A DNA stretch of 64,000 bases from Thermofilaceae archaeon (GCA_038727095.1 JAVYWK010000008.1:8136-72135), one strand, 5' to 3'. Numbered from the stretch's first letter, positions 1-9,665 are shown. Made by a program: numbers and translations. The notes: generated from the sequence alone by a model not told the origin.

Positions 1-2745
1 CCTGTGAACGCCCAGCACCCTACGCTCTATAGCGCTACGGAGGGTCTCGCCCTCAGAGCCCAGCATTACGAGCGTGATGAGCAGGATTATCGTGATCAGC
101 GAACCTATGAGGCCCAGAGAGAGATTGCTGATTATCGCGAAGGATGGGTGTATCAGTGAGAAGAACCAGATCAGCGCCGCCGCCACCGTAACCATCACAG
201 CGATCCTGCGCACACCCTCGCTGTGGATGAAGACCTTCTCGATGAAGAAGGCAGCGAAGGCTGCCAGCGGGAACATGTAGAGCATTGAGCGGGCGGCGTC
301 GTTTACCAGGGGCATCACATCGGTGATGTAGGCTTTATACGCGTAAGCTCTCGCCACGAGCGAGTAGGCGTACGCTTCACTGTACCTTCTGGCATTGAAG
401 GCCCTCTCGGCTCTATCCAGGTACTCTCCTGCCTTGCTGAGCGCTTCGTCCGCGCTGGGGCTCCCCACGTGCCGCTCTAGGAATACCCTGTACCTGCCGT
501 AGGAGACCAGGTAGAAGTCCTTTGCAGCCAAGTAAGCTGTGGCAGGGAGCCTTATGGTCTGTCCCGGCTTACCGGAGAAACCGTAACCTTCCGTGTTGTC
601 CAGCGTGGAGTTTGTAAGGAGTATGATGGTATTTAGCGCGGCTCTTTCTCCCATTCCGTAGTAGCCGGCGATCACGAACCTGAGGTTCGGCTGAACCCAA
701 ACCAGGGCTACGTCCTCGAAGCCGTTGTAGTAGAAGCCGTAGCTGAGAGGTAGACTCTTGCTGAGCAGGTCGTACGGCTGCAGCACCGCGGGCGCCTGCC
801 TCCACCAGTCGAAGTAGCTCGTCCTTGGGTCGGGCATGCTCGGCGTATTGAGAGTTGAGGGTATGTTGACGTCGAAGAGCTCGACACTCACGCACTCGGT
901 TAGAACCACCGTCACGTTCGTGTACGGGTGGAGGACGTGGATTATGAGGGGGAAGTTCTGCATACCGAACTGGCCGAGATCTGTGGCCATGATCACGTTC
1001 CCGGATTCGTCGAGCACCCACCCCCTGACGAACCACCTCGAGAAAGGTACAACGGTTCCACCGTAAGCCCCCCTACCCGCGTGTGGGATCCCGTACACCG
1101 TGAATCGGCCCTCGCTGTCCGCCCTGACGAAGATCTTATTGAGCTTGTACGTCGATGTTATGAGCTGCAGCTCCACAATCGCGCGGGGGACTGGGTCGTA
1201 CCAGCCCTTTGTGAAGTTGTACGTGACGGCTCGCCCGTAGAAAACGGTGAAACCAGCGTAACCTCTCTCGGCCGACAGATCGTAGCGCGTCGGAACGAGA
1301 TGGGTCCTGCTGACCTGCCATTCAGAGTTGAGGAGCCGCACGACGATGTAAGAGGCGATCTCGAGGTAGGGTCTCAGTCGAGTGAAGTCCGCGTACCTCG
1401 AATCGTCGATGGGTATCCCGAGGTAAAGCCTACCCGAGCGCCTACTAACTATCGAGAAGGCGGGAAGACCCGCGATGGATACGGCCTCCGAGTCCAGCAT
1501 GTAGGGGAAAGGCTCGGTGCCCCAGAAGCCTTGGTAGTTGAAGAAGATGCTCACGAGGCCTGACGGGTCTTCAACGCCTAGGGTGCTTTTAACGTAAGCT
1601 GTCACTGCATCCTCCCGTAGGATGCTTTGGACAGCCGTCATAACCCACGATAACCTCCCCGGGAAGCCACCGCTGTGGATCGAGTTTCCACCGTAAGTCG
1701 TGTAGAAGCTCGCATGAAGCAGCTGCAGCCCGTCGGCGTCGCTGGCGAACTTGTCTAGGCCTACGAATCCCCAAACTGTAATCCTTCCATTGGTTACGTT
1801 CTCGCTGAACAGGAGGTCCTCCACAAAAGCTCTCGCTCCAGCTAGAGCCTGCCAGTGGCCTGAGAGGAAGGCTACCCAAACGGTGTAGCGGGGGCGGTTC
1901 TCCTTGAGGTACTTCGCCAGCTCGAGTAGAAGCGCGGGCGCGACTGCTTCAACCCTGCTAGCTGCTAACGCTGGCACGACGGACCACGAGTCGAAGTGGG
2001 CTGACAGGATGACGACGTCGTTGGGCAGGCTGCCCTCAATTACCGCAACATAGTTGACGGCTTCCACCTCCCTCCACTCCACCCGTGAAACGACTCTAAC
2101 CCTTCTAGCGCTCTTGAGAATCTCCCAGTCGTTTCTTCTAACGTACAAGCGTGGGAAGTTCAAGGGCGTGTCAAGGAACTTCTTCTCGCACTCGAAGTAG
2201 GTGGTGTCGTCGGGCTCGATGAACACCACGGCCTTGGCCCCCAGCTTCGCGGCGTTGAGCCAGTTATCCTGCGAGTTGAAATCCATCACGACTATGCTCC
2301 CTTCGACATCCTTCCCATCGAAATCTGACAGATCGCCGCGACCTACGTAGATCAGAACTCCTTCGAAGCCGCCCGGTGAGGTTGAAGAGGGGTTCACCCC
2401 GTTAGGGTACAGCGAGTGAGCCTGGATCCGCGCGGTGAAGGGCTCGAGAACCTCTATGTACGCTTCAACCTCGATCGGCACCAACACCTTAAACGTGTGG
2501 TTGATGACTTTGAGCCCGAGCTCGCGGCTTAAGAAACCATATATGTAGTCCGCCGCCTTATAGTAGCCTGGGTATCCGGTCATCCTCGAGCCGAAACTGG
2601 AAAGCGTGACTGCGTGCTGCTCAACGCGCGTAAAATCGATAAGAAGCAAACGCTCTCGGGGCTGTGCCGGTGCCACTTCAACCAGCTGGCCAACAGCCAG
2701 AACTAGTAGAATCCAAGCTGCAACAGCCGCGGCTTTTCGCTCCAT
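1..2745 (-). CDS. Large membrane protein with signal peptide, PA domain and peptidase M28-like domain, probably FtsX-type permease fusion (3' end runs off the window)
   Basis: Manual translation from ATG at 2745 (MERKAAAVAAWILLVLAVGQL...). Contains SRMTGYPG, PA-like LIYVGRG..DFDGKDVEGSIVVMDFN, VILSAHFDSWS, LLLELAKYL; TM helices near the window edge. Parts checked are open and in frame to base 1. Absent from the ORF track because no stop lies in the window. Confidence 0.8.
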   Translation of the reverse strand, partial: MERKAAAVAAWILLVLAVGQLVEVAPAQPRERLLLIDFTRVEQHAVTLSSFGSRMTGYPGYYKAADYIYGFLSRELGLKVINHTFKVLVPIEVEAYIEVLEPFTARIQAHSLYPNGVNPSSTSPGGFEGVLIYVGRGDLSDFDGKDVEGSIVVMDFNSQDNWLNAAKLGAKAVVFIEPDDTTYFECEKKFLDTPLNFPRLYVRRNDWEILKSARRVRVVSRVEWREVEAVNYVAVIEGSLPNDVVILSAHFDSWSVVPALAASRVEAVAPALLLELAKYLKENRPRYTVWVAFLSGHWQALAGARAFVEDLLFSENVTNGRITVWGFVGLDKFASDADGLQLLHASFYTTYGGNSIHSGGFPGRLSWVMTAVQSILREDAVTAYVKSTLGVEDPSGLVSIFFNYQGFWGTEPFPYMLDSEAVSIAGLPAFSIVSRRSGRLYLGIPIDDSRYADFTRLRPYLEIASYIVVRLLNSEWQVSRTHLVPTRYDLSAERGYAGFTVFYGRAVTYNFTKGWYDPVPRAIVELQLITSTYKLNKIFVRADSEGRFTVYGIPHAGRGAYGGTVVPFSRWFVRGWVLDESGNVIMATDLGQFGMQNFPLIIHVLHPYTNVTVVLTECVSVELFDVNIPSTLNTPSMPDPRTSYFDWWRQAPAVLQPYDLLSKSLPLSYGFYYNGFEDVALVWVQPNLRFVIAGYYGMGERAALNTIILLTNSTLDNTEGYGFSGKPGQTIRLPATAYLAAKDFYLVSYGRYRVFLERHVGSPSADEALSKAGEYLDRAERAFNARRYSEAYAYSLVARAYAYKAYITDVMPLVNDAARSMLYMFPLAAFAAFFIEKVFIHSEGVRRIAVMVTVAAALIWFFSLIHPSFAIISNLSLGLIGSLITIILLITLVMLGSEGETLRSAIERRVLGVHR

Positions 2746-2759
2746 ACATGTCCCACCGC

Positions 2760-2800
2760 TCAATGTACTTAAAAAACTATTCAGGCTAAAACCTTAAATC
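2760..2800. promoter_or_regulatory. Divergent TATA-box promoters (likely leaderless transcripts)
   Basis: AAAACCTTAAAT (+, 2788-2799) about 23 nt before ATG 2822; TTTTTAAGTA (-, 2766-2775) about 22 nt before ATG 2745. Confidence 0.55.
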
Positions 2801-2821
2801 CCATCACAGTGGGAGGCGCGC

Positions 2822-4753
2822 ATGAGAGGAGGTGCGGATGCAACTTCTAATGGAGAAGGTTTTAGCACGGGACTGACATGGAGGAGCCTCCTCGCGATGA
2901 TTCTCGCGGGTCTAATCTTCTTGCCGGCGTCGACGTACCTTTGGCTCGCTGTAGGCGCCGGGGCTAGTGTAGCTGCTACCTACATCACCGTTATCCTGTT
3001 CAGCGCGTTAGCCAGGCTCTACGGCGCCAGCCTATCGAGGCAGGAGCTGTTCATCATCTACTCTGTAGTGGGCGGCATCGGAGGCGCAATGCCCCTATTC
3101 TACTGGCTAGTCTTTAGGAGCTACTTCGTCAACAACCCACTAAGCCTCGAGTTCAAGCTTAATGGGCTCCCAGTCCGAGACCTTGTCCCCTACTGGATGT
3201 CCCCGCCCGTTAACTCTCCAGCCCACGCGCTTAGAACGTTGTTCTACCCCGACTGGCTGCCGGCGATAGCGGTGAGCATCACGTTCGCGGCGCTGGGCCT
3301 TCTAGCCGAAATATCGATAGGCATCCTGATTTCCTACCTCTACATCGAAGTGGAACCCCTACCCTTCCCCTTCGCGCAGATTGACGCGACCATGATCAAC
3401 ACGCTGTACGAGCGAGAGCACGAGCCGCTTCTCTACTTCTTCAGCGCTCTGATCGGCGGTGCCATTTACGGTACGCTAGTGTACTTAGTCCCCCTAGTAC
3501 TGGGGCCCGGTGCAGCGGTGATCCCATACCCCTGGATTGACCTGACACCCTATACCCAGTACTTCCTGCCAGGAGCGGCGATCGGTATCGCCACAGAGCC
3601 CACCGGCTTTCTGTACGGTATGATTCTCCCGCCCACGGTCACTTTCTCACTCATGCTCGGCTCGCTGGCGACGTGGGTCTTTGGGAACACGCTAACTTAC
3701 ACTATGTTTAGGGACTTCTCACCGGAGTGGGTAAGAGAGTATACACCGGGGATGAGCATCTTCCTCATCTACCAGAGGGCAACTCTACGGCTATGGCTGT
3801 CCACATTCATGGGGATCAGCTTCGGCCTCGCCCTCTTCATCATCGCTACCTCCTGGCGCAAAATCGCTGCCTCGTTTAGAGCGTTAACCCGCCTTGGGGG
3901 CACAAGGCGGGAGCTGGGGTACCCCTCCTCTACCTTCCTAGTCGCGCTTTTCTTCGCTTCCACCCTAGCTAGCGTGCTCCTCTACTACGCGTTGGTGCCA
4001 GGTGTACCCCTCTGGCTCCCCCCCTTCGTTTCGATCGGTTTGAGCTTCGTGATGGCGCTAGTAGGCGCGCGGGTTTACGGGGAGCTCGGCCTAACGTTCA
4101 GCTCCGATTTCGTCTACAACATGTGGAAAGCAGCCATCTACTTCAGCCCCTACCAGGGCTATGCGGGCTGGATTTACACGCCTGTAATCGCCGGCTTCTC
4201 TACGCCCTGGTATGCGAACGCGACGAAGGTGGCCTACCTCACCAGGACGAGACCGATCGACTACTACAAGGCTGTTCTGGTAGCCTTCGTAATCACGACA
4301 ACGCTGGGGCTCGTCTTCATGGACTTCTTCTGGAGGATGGCTCCGATCCCCTCCTTCGTATACCCTTACGTGATGGGCCTCTGGCCCTTCTACGCGATCA
4401 GCGACTGCCTTTTCGCCACTAGGCAGATCGTGATCAGAGCCGATCAGATACTCGGCGGAGCTGGGGTCGCCCTTGCAGCGGGCTTCGCAGGCTTCCTCCT
4501 CTCCAGAATTGGGGTGCCGATTAACCCGATTGCGCTAGTGGGAGGCACTTACGCGCTACCCCCCTACACAATCATGGTTTTCATAACATCCATTCTAAGC
4601 AGGTACGTCGTTTCAAGAGCTATCGGTAGGGAGAAGTGGGAGCGGATACGATCAGTTGTGATAGCCGGCTTCCTAGCCGGCGTAGGAATAATCGTAGCAG
4701 TCGGAGTCGCAATCACCCTCCTCTCAAAAGCGGCTTGGATCTGGCCCTGGTAA
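2822..4753 (+). CDS. OPT/YSL-like polytopic membrane transporter
   Basis: 643 aa, many TM helices, N-terminal GLTWRSLL, LSRQELFII, E.LPFPFA motif. Confidence 0.7.
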   Translation: MRGGADATSNGEGFSTGLTWRSLLAMILAGLIFLPASTYLWLAVGAGASVAATYITVILFSALARLYGASLSRQELFIIYSVVGGIGGAMPLFYWLVFRSYFVNNPLSLEFKLNGLPVRDLVPYWMSPPVNSPAHALRTLFYPDWLPAIAVSITFAALGLLAEISIGILISYLYIEVEPLPFPFAQIDATMINTLYEREHEPLLYFFSALIGGAIYGTLVYLVPLVLGPGAAVIPYPWIDLTPYTQYFLPGAAIGIATEPTGFLYGMILPPTVTFSLMLGSLATWVFGNTLTYTMFRDFSPEWVREYTPGMSIFLIYQRATLRLWLSTFMGISFGLALFIIATSWRKIAASFRALTRLGGTRRELGYPSSTFLVALFFASTLASVLLYYALVPGVPLWLPPFVSIGLSFVMALVGARVYGELGLTFSSDFVYNMWKAAIYFSPYQGYAGWIYTPVIAGFSTPWYANATKVAYLTRTRPIDYYKAVLVAFVITTTLGLVFMDFFWRMAPIPSFVYPYVMGLWPFYAISDCLFATRQIVIRADQILGGAGVALAAGFAGFLLSRIGVPINPIALVGGTYALPPYTIMVFITSILSRYVVSRAIGREKWERIRSVVIAGFLAGVGIIVAVGVAITLLSKAAWIWPW

Positions 4754-4845
4754 AAGCATTCCGGTTTTCGGAAAATCCCTCACTCTTTAATTGCCTTAAA
4801 AAGGTTCGAGTAATGCTTAAATAGGATCTACTTACTACCCCCTCA

Positions 4846-6954
4846 ATGGCGACGGAAGTTAGGAAGGAGGTTGTAGAGTTTCTGCCGGGGATTACGGTTC
4901 GATCGTTGGCGCTCAGTATTCCGCTAGTGCTGTTGTACGCCTACTTGAGCGTCGTTGTCGGCTTGTACACGGATAAGAGCGGAACCTTCGGAACCTTCAT
5001 CCTACCAATGATCTACCTCATCATCATCAACGAGTTTCTCGCAAGAGCCAACCCCAAATGGAGACTCACACCACAAGAATGGGTCTTCACCTTCTCCCTC
5101 ATCACCTTCATGGGAATGCACAGCTTCCTGACGATGCACGCGGCGGCGCACGTTAACCCGCCCCAGTACATTTGGACTTGTATTCCTTGGGGTGATTATC
5201 TGGCTTTTACGATTGATTCGTTGAGGGATTATTGGAGTCGTGCTGTTCCTGCTGTTTCGATTCCTCCTGAGCCTTTGCGGTTTGATGTGGCTCGGATGGT
5301 GGTGCAGGGTCGTAGTCCTGGTGAGGTGATCTCGTGGGGTGCTGTGTTGCAGCCTTTGTTTTACTGGGGTCTTGTCTACGTGTTCTACAGCTTGATTAGT
5401 GCTTGGGTTGCTTTCGTGTTTGGGAAGCCTTGGGCTGAAGAGGAGAGGTTGGTCTTCCCGCTAGCTGTCCCCAGCCTCTACCTGTTTAGGGAGGCTACTG
5501 AGGTTTCCACCGGCAACAAGTCGAGACTCTTCGACTTCACCCTACCACACACGAAGGTCTTCTGGGCAATGTTCGCAGTCGGAATCATCAGCGGAATCAA
5601 CCCAATCCTCGCCGAACTCCTACCAGCCTTCCCAATCGCAGCCTGGTGGGGAGAAACCAACGTTTCGTTACCTTTCCTGGCAGCCCTCTGGCCTGGGGTC
5701 TACGCTGCTGCGATATTCTTCATCCCACAGATCGCCGTGGGTCTCGTCATGCCCAACGACGCGCTGATCACACTCGTCCTCTGCTGGATCATCTTCGGCC
5801 TACTCTACCAGGGTATCGGAGTCATGACCGGTGTCCTACCGTACAGGCCTGGGATGGAGTACGTCTGGCCGTGGGAGGACTACCCTGGTGTTTGGATGCC
5901 ATTCCCCTACCGCTTTGTAGCTGCGAACGGTGTGGGCTTGTCCATAATAATCTGGATGCTGTACAGGTATAGGAGGAGGTTTGTTGAAGTGTTATCGACG
6001 TTGTGGAAGAGGGATGTTGTGGAGCAGGGTCTCTCGCTGAGGCTCGCCACAGTGCTGATGCTTATCGGCTTCTTCGGCTGGTACGCGCTAATGGTAGCAG
6101 AGCAGGCAAGCCCAATCGTAGCACTACTCGTACCGATCTGGGCGCTCCTCTGGAACATCTGCTTCGCGAGAGTGTATGCAGAAGTCTTCTGGCACGTTGG
6201 TACTGGCTGGGGGCACACCTGGATCCCAACGTACGAGTTCGGCAGGTTGGTGCACGGTTGGCCGAGCTACACTGACGTAGGATGGGATAACCCGAACATG
6301 AACCCCGCCTGGTTCACCGTCGCTCGACACATAGCGAACCTGCACAACTGGAACATAAGCTTCAGCCCGCTCACCGCGGGTCACCAGGTTACACTCTACA
6401 AGTTGGCTCATGATTTGAGGATGAGGATGACTGATCTACTGGTTGCTATTGTGCTGGGCTCAGTAATCTTCTCCTTCGTCGCCATGCCGCTCGCCGCCTA
6501 CTTCATCCTGCATACGAAGGGAGGGCTCAACGCGACGAACGCTGCAGGAGCCAACTGGTGGCCTTGGATGGCTGCCGGCTGGTACCATAGGGGCTACTGG
6601 ATGGGTACTGGCATGACCCCCGATGTTGTCGGCTGGCTGTTCTACGGCGTTGGCATCGCGCTCGGCATCATCCTCTACCTGCTGAAGACGTACGTTGCAC
6701 TCTTCTGGTTCATCAACGTCCCAGCCCTCTACGTTGGCATGACCATTGTAACGTACATGTGGTTAACCTCGCTGCTCGCTCTCATCATCAAGTTCGTCGC
6801 GATCAGAACTGTCGGAATCAAGAGGTACGAGGAGTACGCCATGCCCGCCTGCGCCGGGTGGATCCTCGGCTTCGGCGCCGCGTGGCTCCCCGCAGCGCTC
6901 GCAAACCTCTTCGCCGTCGTAATACCCAGAGTAGGAGCACTCTGGCTACCTTAA
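4846..6954 (+). CDS. Polytopic membrane protein, OPT-related (DUF6785/DUF6784-like)
   Basis: 702 aa, GITVRSL, LTPQEW, W.EEERLVFPLA motifs paralleling the upstream gene; own TATA (CTTAAATA near 4816). Confidence 0.65.
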   Translation: MATEVRKEVVEFLPGITVRSLALSIPLVLLYAYLSVVVGLYTDKSGTFGTFILPMIYLIIINEFLARANPKWRLTPQEWVFTFSLITFMGMHSFLTMHAAAHVNPPQYIWTCIPWGDYLAFTIDSLRDYWSRAVPAVSIPPEPLRFDVARMVVQGRSPGEVISWGAVLQPLFYWGLVYVFYSLISAWVAFVFGKPWAEEERLVFPLAVPSLYLFREATEVSTGNKSRLFDFTLPHTKVFWAMFAVGIISGINPILAELLPAFPIAAWWGETNVSLPFLAALWPGVYAAAIFFIPQIAVGLVMPNDALITLVLCWIIFGLLYQGIGVMTGVLPYRPGMEYVWPWEDYPGVWMPFPYRFVAANGVGLSIIIWMLYRYRRRFVEVLSTLWKRDVVEQGLSLRLATVLMLIGFFGWYALMVAEQASPIVALLVPIWALLWNICFARVYAEVFWHVGTGWGHTWIPTYEFGRLVHGWPSYTDVGWDNPNMNPAWFTVARHIANLHNWNISFSPLTAGHQVTLYKLAHDLRMRMTDLLVAIVLGSVIFSFVAMPLAAYFILHTKGGLNATNAAGANWWPWMAAGWYHRGYWMGTGMTPDVVGWLFYGVGIALGIILYLLKTYVALFWFINVPALYVGMTIVTYMWLTSLLALIIKFVAIRTVGIKRYEEYAMPACAGWILGFGAAWLPAALANLFAVVIPRVGALWLP

Positions 6955-6979
6955 AAGAGAATAAGAGTAAAATAGAAAC

Positions 6980-7010
6980 TTTTTCTTTTTATTTTTCTGT
7001 TTTTCTATCT
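6980..7010 (+). terminator. T-rich terminator region between convergent genes
   Basis: TTTTTCTTTTTATTTTTCTGTTTTT directly after the 6954 stop. Confidence 0.5.
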
Positions 7011-7621
7011 ATTAGCTCCTTTAGCGAGTATACTGTTTGAGCGTATAGCTTCATCTGTTTTAACCCTGCTAGTGGGGGTACGAGGCTTTCTTTCCTCAGC
7101 TCACCCAGCCTTCTAACCAGCTCCTCTTCCCCTACGCCGAGCATCCTGGCTGCTTCTGAGAGACTACCGCTCTTGGCGATTGCTTCGAGAACTTGCATAG
7201 CTTCCTCCCTACCTAGAGCCTTCAAGCCTGCCAGCAGGTTCAGCACGGCATCCTCGACAGCCCCTTTAACAGTGTTGTAGAGCTCCTCTTGATCGACTAC
7301 CAGCAAGTCGCTGAGCTCTAGGAGCTCAACCCCCAGTTTCGCGGCGAGCACCTCTGCCTCCTTGCTGAGGGCGCGCGCCACGAGTAAAGGCTTCGCGTTG
7401 AGTAGGACTGAGTTCGCGTAGAGGAGCTTCACGTCGGAGGGGCTGGCTTGACCCGCCTTCACTTCCACCGCGTACAGCTCACCATGGGGGCCTCTTGCCA
7501 GCAGATCAACTTCGCCGACCTCGAAGCCGTCTACCCTGATCCTAGCAGACTCCTCTATCACCTTGAGGCCCCTGCTCTCCAAGACCCTCTTCGCTATCTC
7601 AACGCTAGCCCTTCCCCTCAC
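6989..7621 (-). CDS. PD-(D/E)XK nuclease-like protein (YraN/Mrr-like) with C-terminal HTH
   Basis: GEVDLLA...VEVKAG catalytic motif; SLSEAARMLGV HTH. Confidence 0.65.
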   Translation of the reverse strand: MRGRASVEIAKRVLESRGLKVIEESARIRVDGFEVGEVDLLARGPHGELYAVEVKAGQASPSDVKLLYANSVLLNAKPLLVARALSKEAEVLAAKLGVELLELSDLLVVDQEELYNTVKGAVEDAVLNLLAGLKALGREEAMQVLEAIAKSGSLSEAARMLGVGEEELVRRLGELRKESLVPPLAGLKQMKLYAQTVYSLKELIDRKTEK

Positions 7622-7651
7622 GCACCCCCTGCACGCCAGCGCCTTTTATCG

Positions 7652-8683
7652 CTAGAGGCGCCAGTACCTCCTCAGCAGAGCTTTGAGCTCTGTCATGTAC
7701 TCCCTAGCCAAGCTTAGGATGGGCTCCGGAGAGCGCTTGAGGGGAGCATCGACGCTCATGCCCTCGAGGGCCCTGAGGAAGGCGGGAAGGCCGAACTCAA
7801 GACCCTCAGAGTACCCTCCCTCAAGGATAGCAGCAACCCCCTTCGCGCCGATCTCTCGGGCCACTTCGCCCAACCTTTGAAACGCGCGTTCGCCCGCTTT
7901 GAGGTGCGTCAAGCCGTCACCGTCGAAGGCGTCGAAGCCCGCCGAGAACACCAGGGTCTCCGGCTTGAACTCCCCGAGCAGGGGGATTACGATCTCCTCG
8001 ATCGCTAGGGCGTAAACATCGTCGCTGCTCCCGGGGGGCAGTACCACGTTCACCTTCGTCCCCTCCCCTTCGCCCTCACCAACGTCCACGGGGAAGCCGG
8101 TCCCCGGGTACAGTGTCGTAGGGTCTTCGTGCAGGTCGATGTGGAGGACGCAGGGGTCGCTGTAGAAGATCTCCTGCGTCCCGTTCCCGTGGTGAGCGTC
8201 GAAGTCCACAACAGCCACTCTCCTCAGCCCAAGCTCGAGCAACCGCGCGACAGCGAGCGCCGCGTTGTTGAACACGCAGAAACCCTGTGTGGGGGCCCCC
8301 ATAGCCCGCCCCCTCTTGCTGGCGTGGTGGCCGGGAGGCCTTACGAGAGCGAAAGCCCCTTCTCCTCGGGCTGCAAGCTCGGCAGCTTGAAGCGAGGCTC
8401 CCGCAGCTGCGAGCGCGGCCCTCATGGTTCCGGGCGAGAGGTACGTGTCCGAGTCTATGAGCGAGACTCCGGATCCCACGTAGCGCGCTATCCTGGCCAC
8501 GTAATCGGGCTCGTGAACCCGGTGCAGGTCCTCCACGCTTCCGCTGCGGGGTTCAACGAGCTCGATGCTAATGCCGCTGCGCTCGACGGCCTCCAGCGCG
8601 AGCAGTAGGCGATCGGGCCTCTCCGGGTGCGGGAATGGAGGTTTATGCTCGAGGAACGCAACGCTGTACAACACGCTCAGCAT
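7652..8683 (-). CDS. Histone deacetylase family (AcuC/AphA-like) protein
   Basis: HPERPDR, RPPGHH, GFCVFNN, DFDAHHGNGTQ, SAGFD, LEGGY. Confidence 0.92.
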   Translation of the reverse strand: MLSVLYSVAFLEHKPPFPHPERPDRLLLALEAVERSGISIELVEPRSGSVEDLHRVHEPDYVARIARYVGSGVSLIDSDTYLSPGTMRAALAAAGASLQAAELAARGEGAFALVRPPGHHASKRGRAMGAPTQGFCVFNNAALAVARLLELGLRRVAVVDFDAHHGNGTQEIFYSDPCVLHIDLHEDPTTLYPGTGFPVDVGEGEGEGTKVNVVLPPGSSDDVYALAIEEIVIPLLGEFKPETLVFSAGFDAFDGDGLTHLKAGERAFQRLGEVAREIGAKGVAAILEGGYSEGLEFGLPAFLRALEGMSVDAPLKRSPEPILSLAREYMTELKALLRRYWRL

Positions 8684-8735
8684 GGCACGTTGAGTCCCCC
8701 AATTAACTTAAATATCAAGCTTCTCGCGAAAGCCC

Positions 8736-9665
8736 GTGCGGCCCCTTACTGTTACTGTTGTACTGGCAGTGGTGGCAGTTGCCCTCGCGCTACCATACCA
8801 GCCTCTAGTCGTTGTCACCCTCTACCAGGGGGGTCTCGCCCGCATCGATTACTTCGTCCCAACGGGGGGCAACGTGAGCCTCGCCATACCGCTCATCAGC
8901 GACCCGGATGAGCAGCTGGGGGTTGTAGTCGTAGACGAGTGGGGGGAGGCTTTGGCGTACGGGGTGAACAGAACCCTCAACGCGCTCTTCGTAACCTGCT
9001 TGGACTGTGGGCTGGTTAAGGCTTCCTACTACACCCAGACGCTGACTTCGAAGCAGGGTGCTGTTTGGACCCTCAACTTGACCGCCCCTTACAGGGTGCG
9101 CGTTGTTTTACCCGAGAACGCGACGGTCGTTGGAATGAGCAGGCTTCCGGACACCGTCTACAGCTCCGCTGAGAGGCTGGTCCTTGAGTTTGGGGCCGGC
9201 CCTTTGACTCTGCAGTACATCATCCTTTACACTGCGCCACCCCAGCCCGCGGCTCAGCAGCCCGCCACCGCACCAACCACTGAGACTCAACCCCCCGAGG
9301 AGAAGACTGCTCCCCAACAACCCCCAGCGCAGGTTCAGCAGCCCCCCGCTGAGCCCTCTTGGTATCAGCTGTTCAAACCCCCGTTTATCTACGCCCTAGC
9401 CGCAGCGGTGGCCCTCGTCGCCGCTGCAGTGGTCTTCGCTCTCAGAAGGAGGGGGGCAGCGATGGAGCTGGTCGAGCTGAGCGAGGAGGATACGGCGATC
9501 CTCAACGCGCTGCGCAACCTGGGTGGCGGCGCCTTCCAGAGCGAGCTGCAGAAGGTGCTAAGCATGCCTTCCACCACCCTCTGGAGGAGGGTGAAGAGGC
9601 TGGAGCAGCTGGGCTACGTCAAGGTCGAGAAGAGGGCTGGGAGGAACTACATCAAGATCGCTTGA
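8736..9665 (+). CDS. Membrane-anchored protein with extracellular domain, Pro/Gln-rich linker and C-terminal winged HTH
   Basis: Signal peptide, PQPAAQQPATAPTTETQPP linker, TM helix, then QSELQKVLSMPSTTLWRRVKRLEQLGYV. Confidence 0.75.
   Translation: MRPLTVTVVLAVVAVALALPYQPLVVVTLYQGGLARIDYFVPTGGNVSLAIPLISDPDEQLGVVVVDEWGEALAYGVNRTLNALFVTCLDCGLVKASYYTQTLTSKQGAVWTLNLTAPYRVRVVLPENATVVGMSRLPDTVYSSAERLVLEFGAGPLTLQYIILYTAPPQPAAQQPATAPTTETQPPEEKTAPQQPPAQVQQPPAEPSWYQLFKPPFIYALAAAVALVAAAVVFALRRRGAAMELVELSEEDTAILNALRNLGGGAFQSELQKVLSMPSTTLWRRVKRLEQLGYVKVEKRAGRNYIKIA

Noticed and set aside
74-2797. Several short ORFs in the track (e.g. 928-1563 +, 569-1036 -)
   Set aside because: Shadows of the long - strand CDS 1-2745, which has recognisable motifs
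6989-7621. Restriction or defence system
   Set aside because: Lone PD-(D/E)XK protein with no methylase or partner gene nearby
9231-9357. Possible DNA tandem repeat
   Set aside because: Low-complexity Pro/Gln/Ala/Thr linker coding without exact nucleotide periodicity
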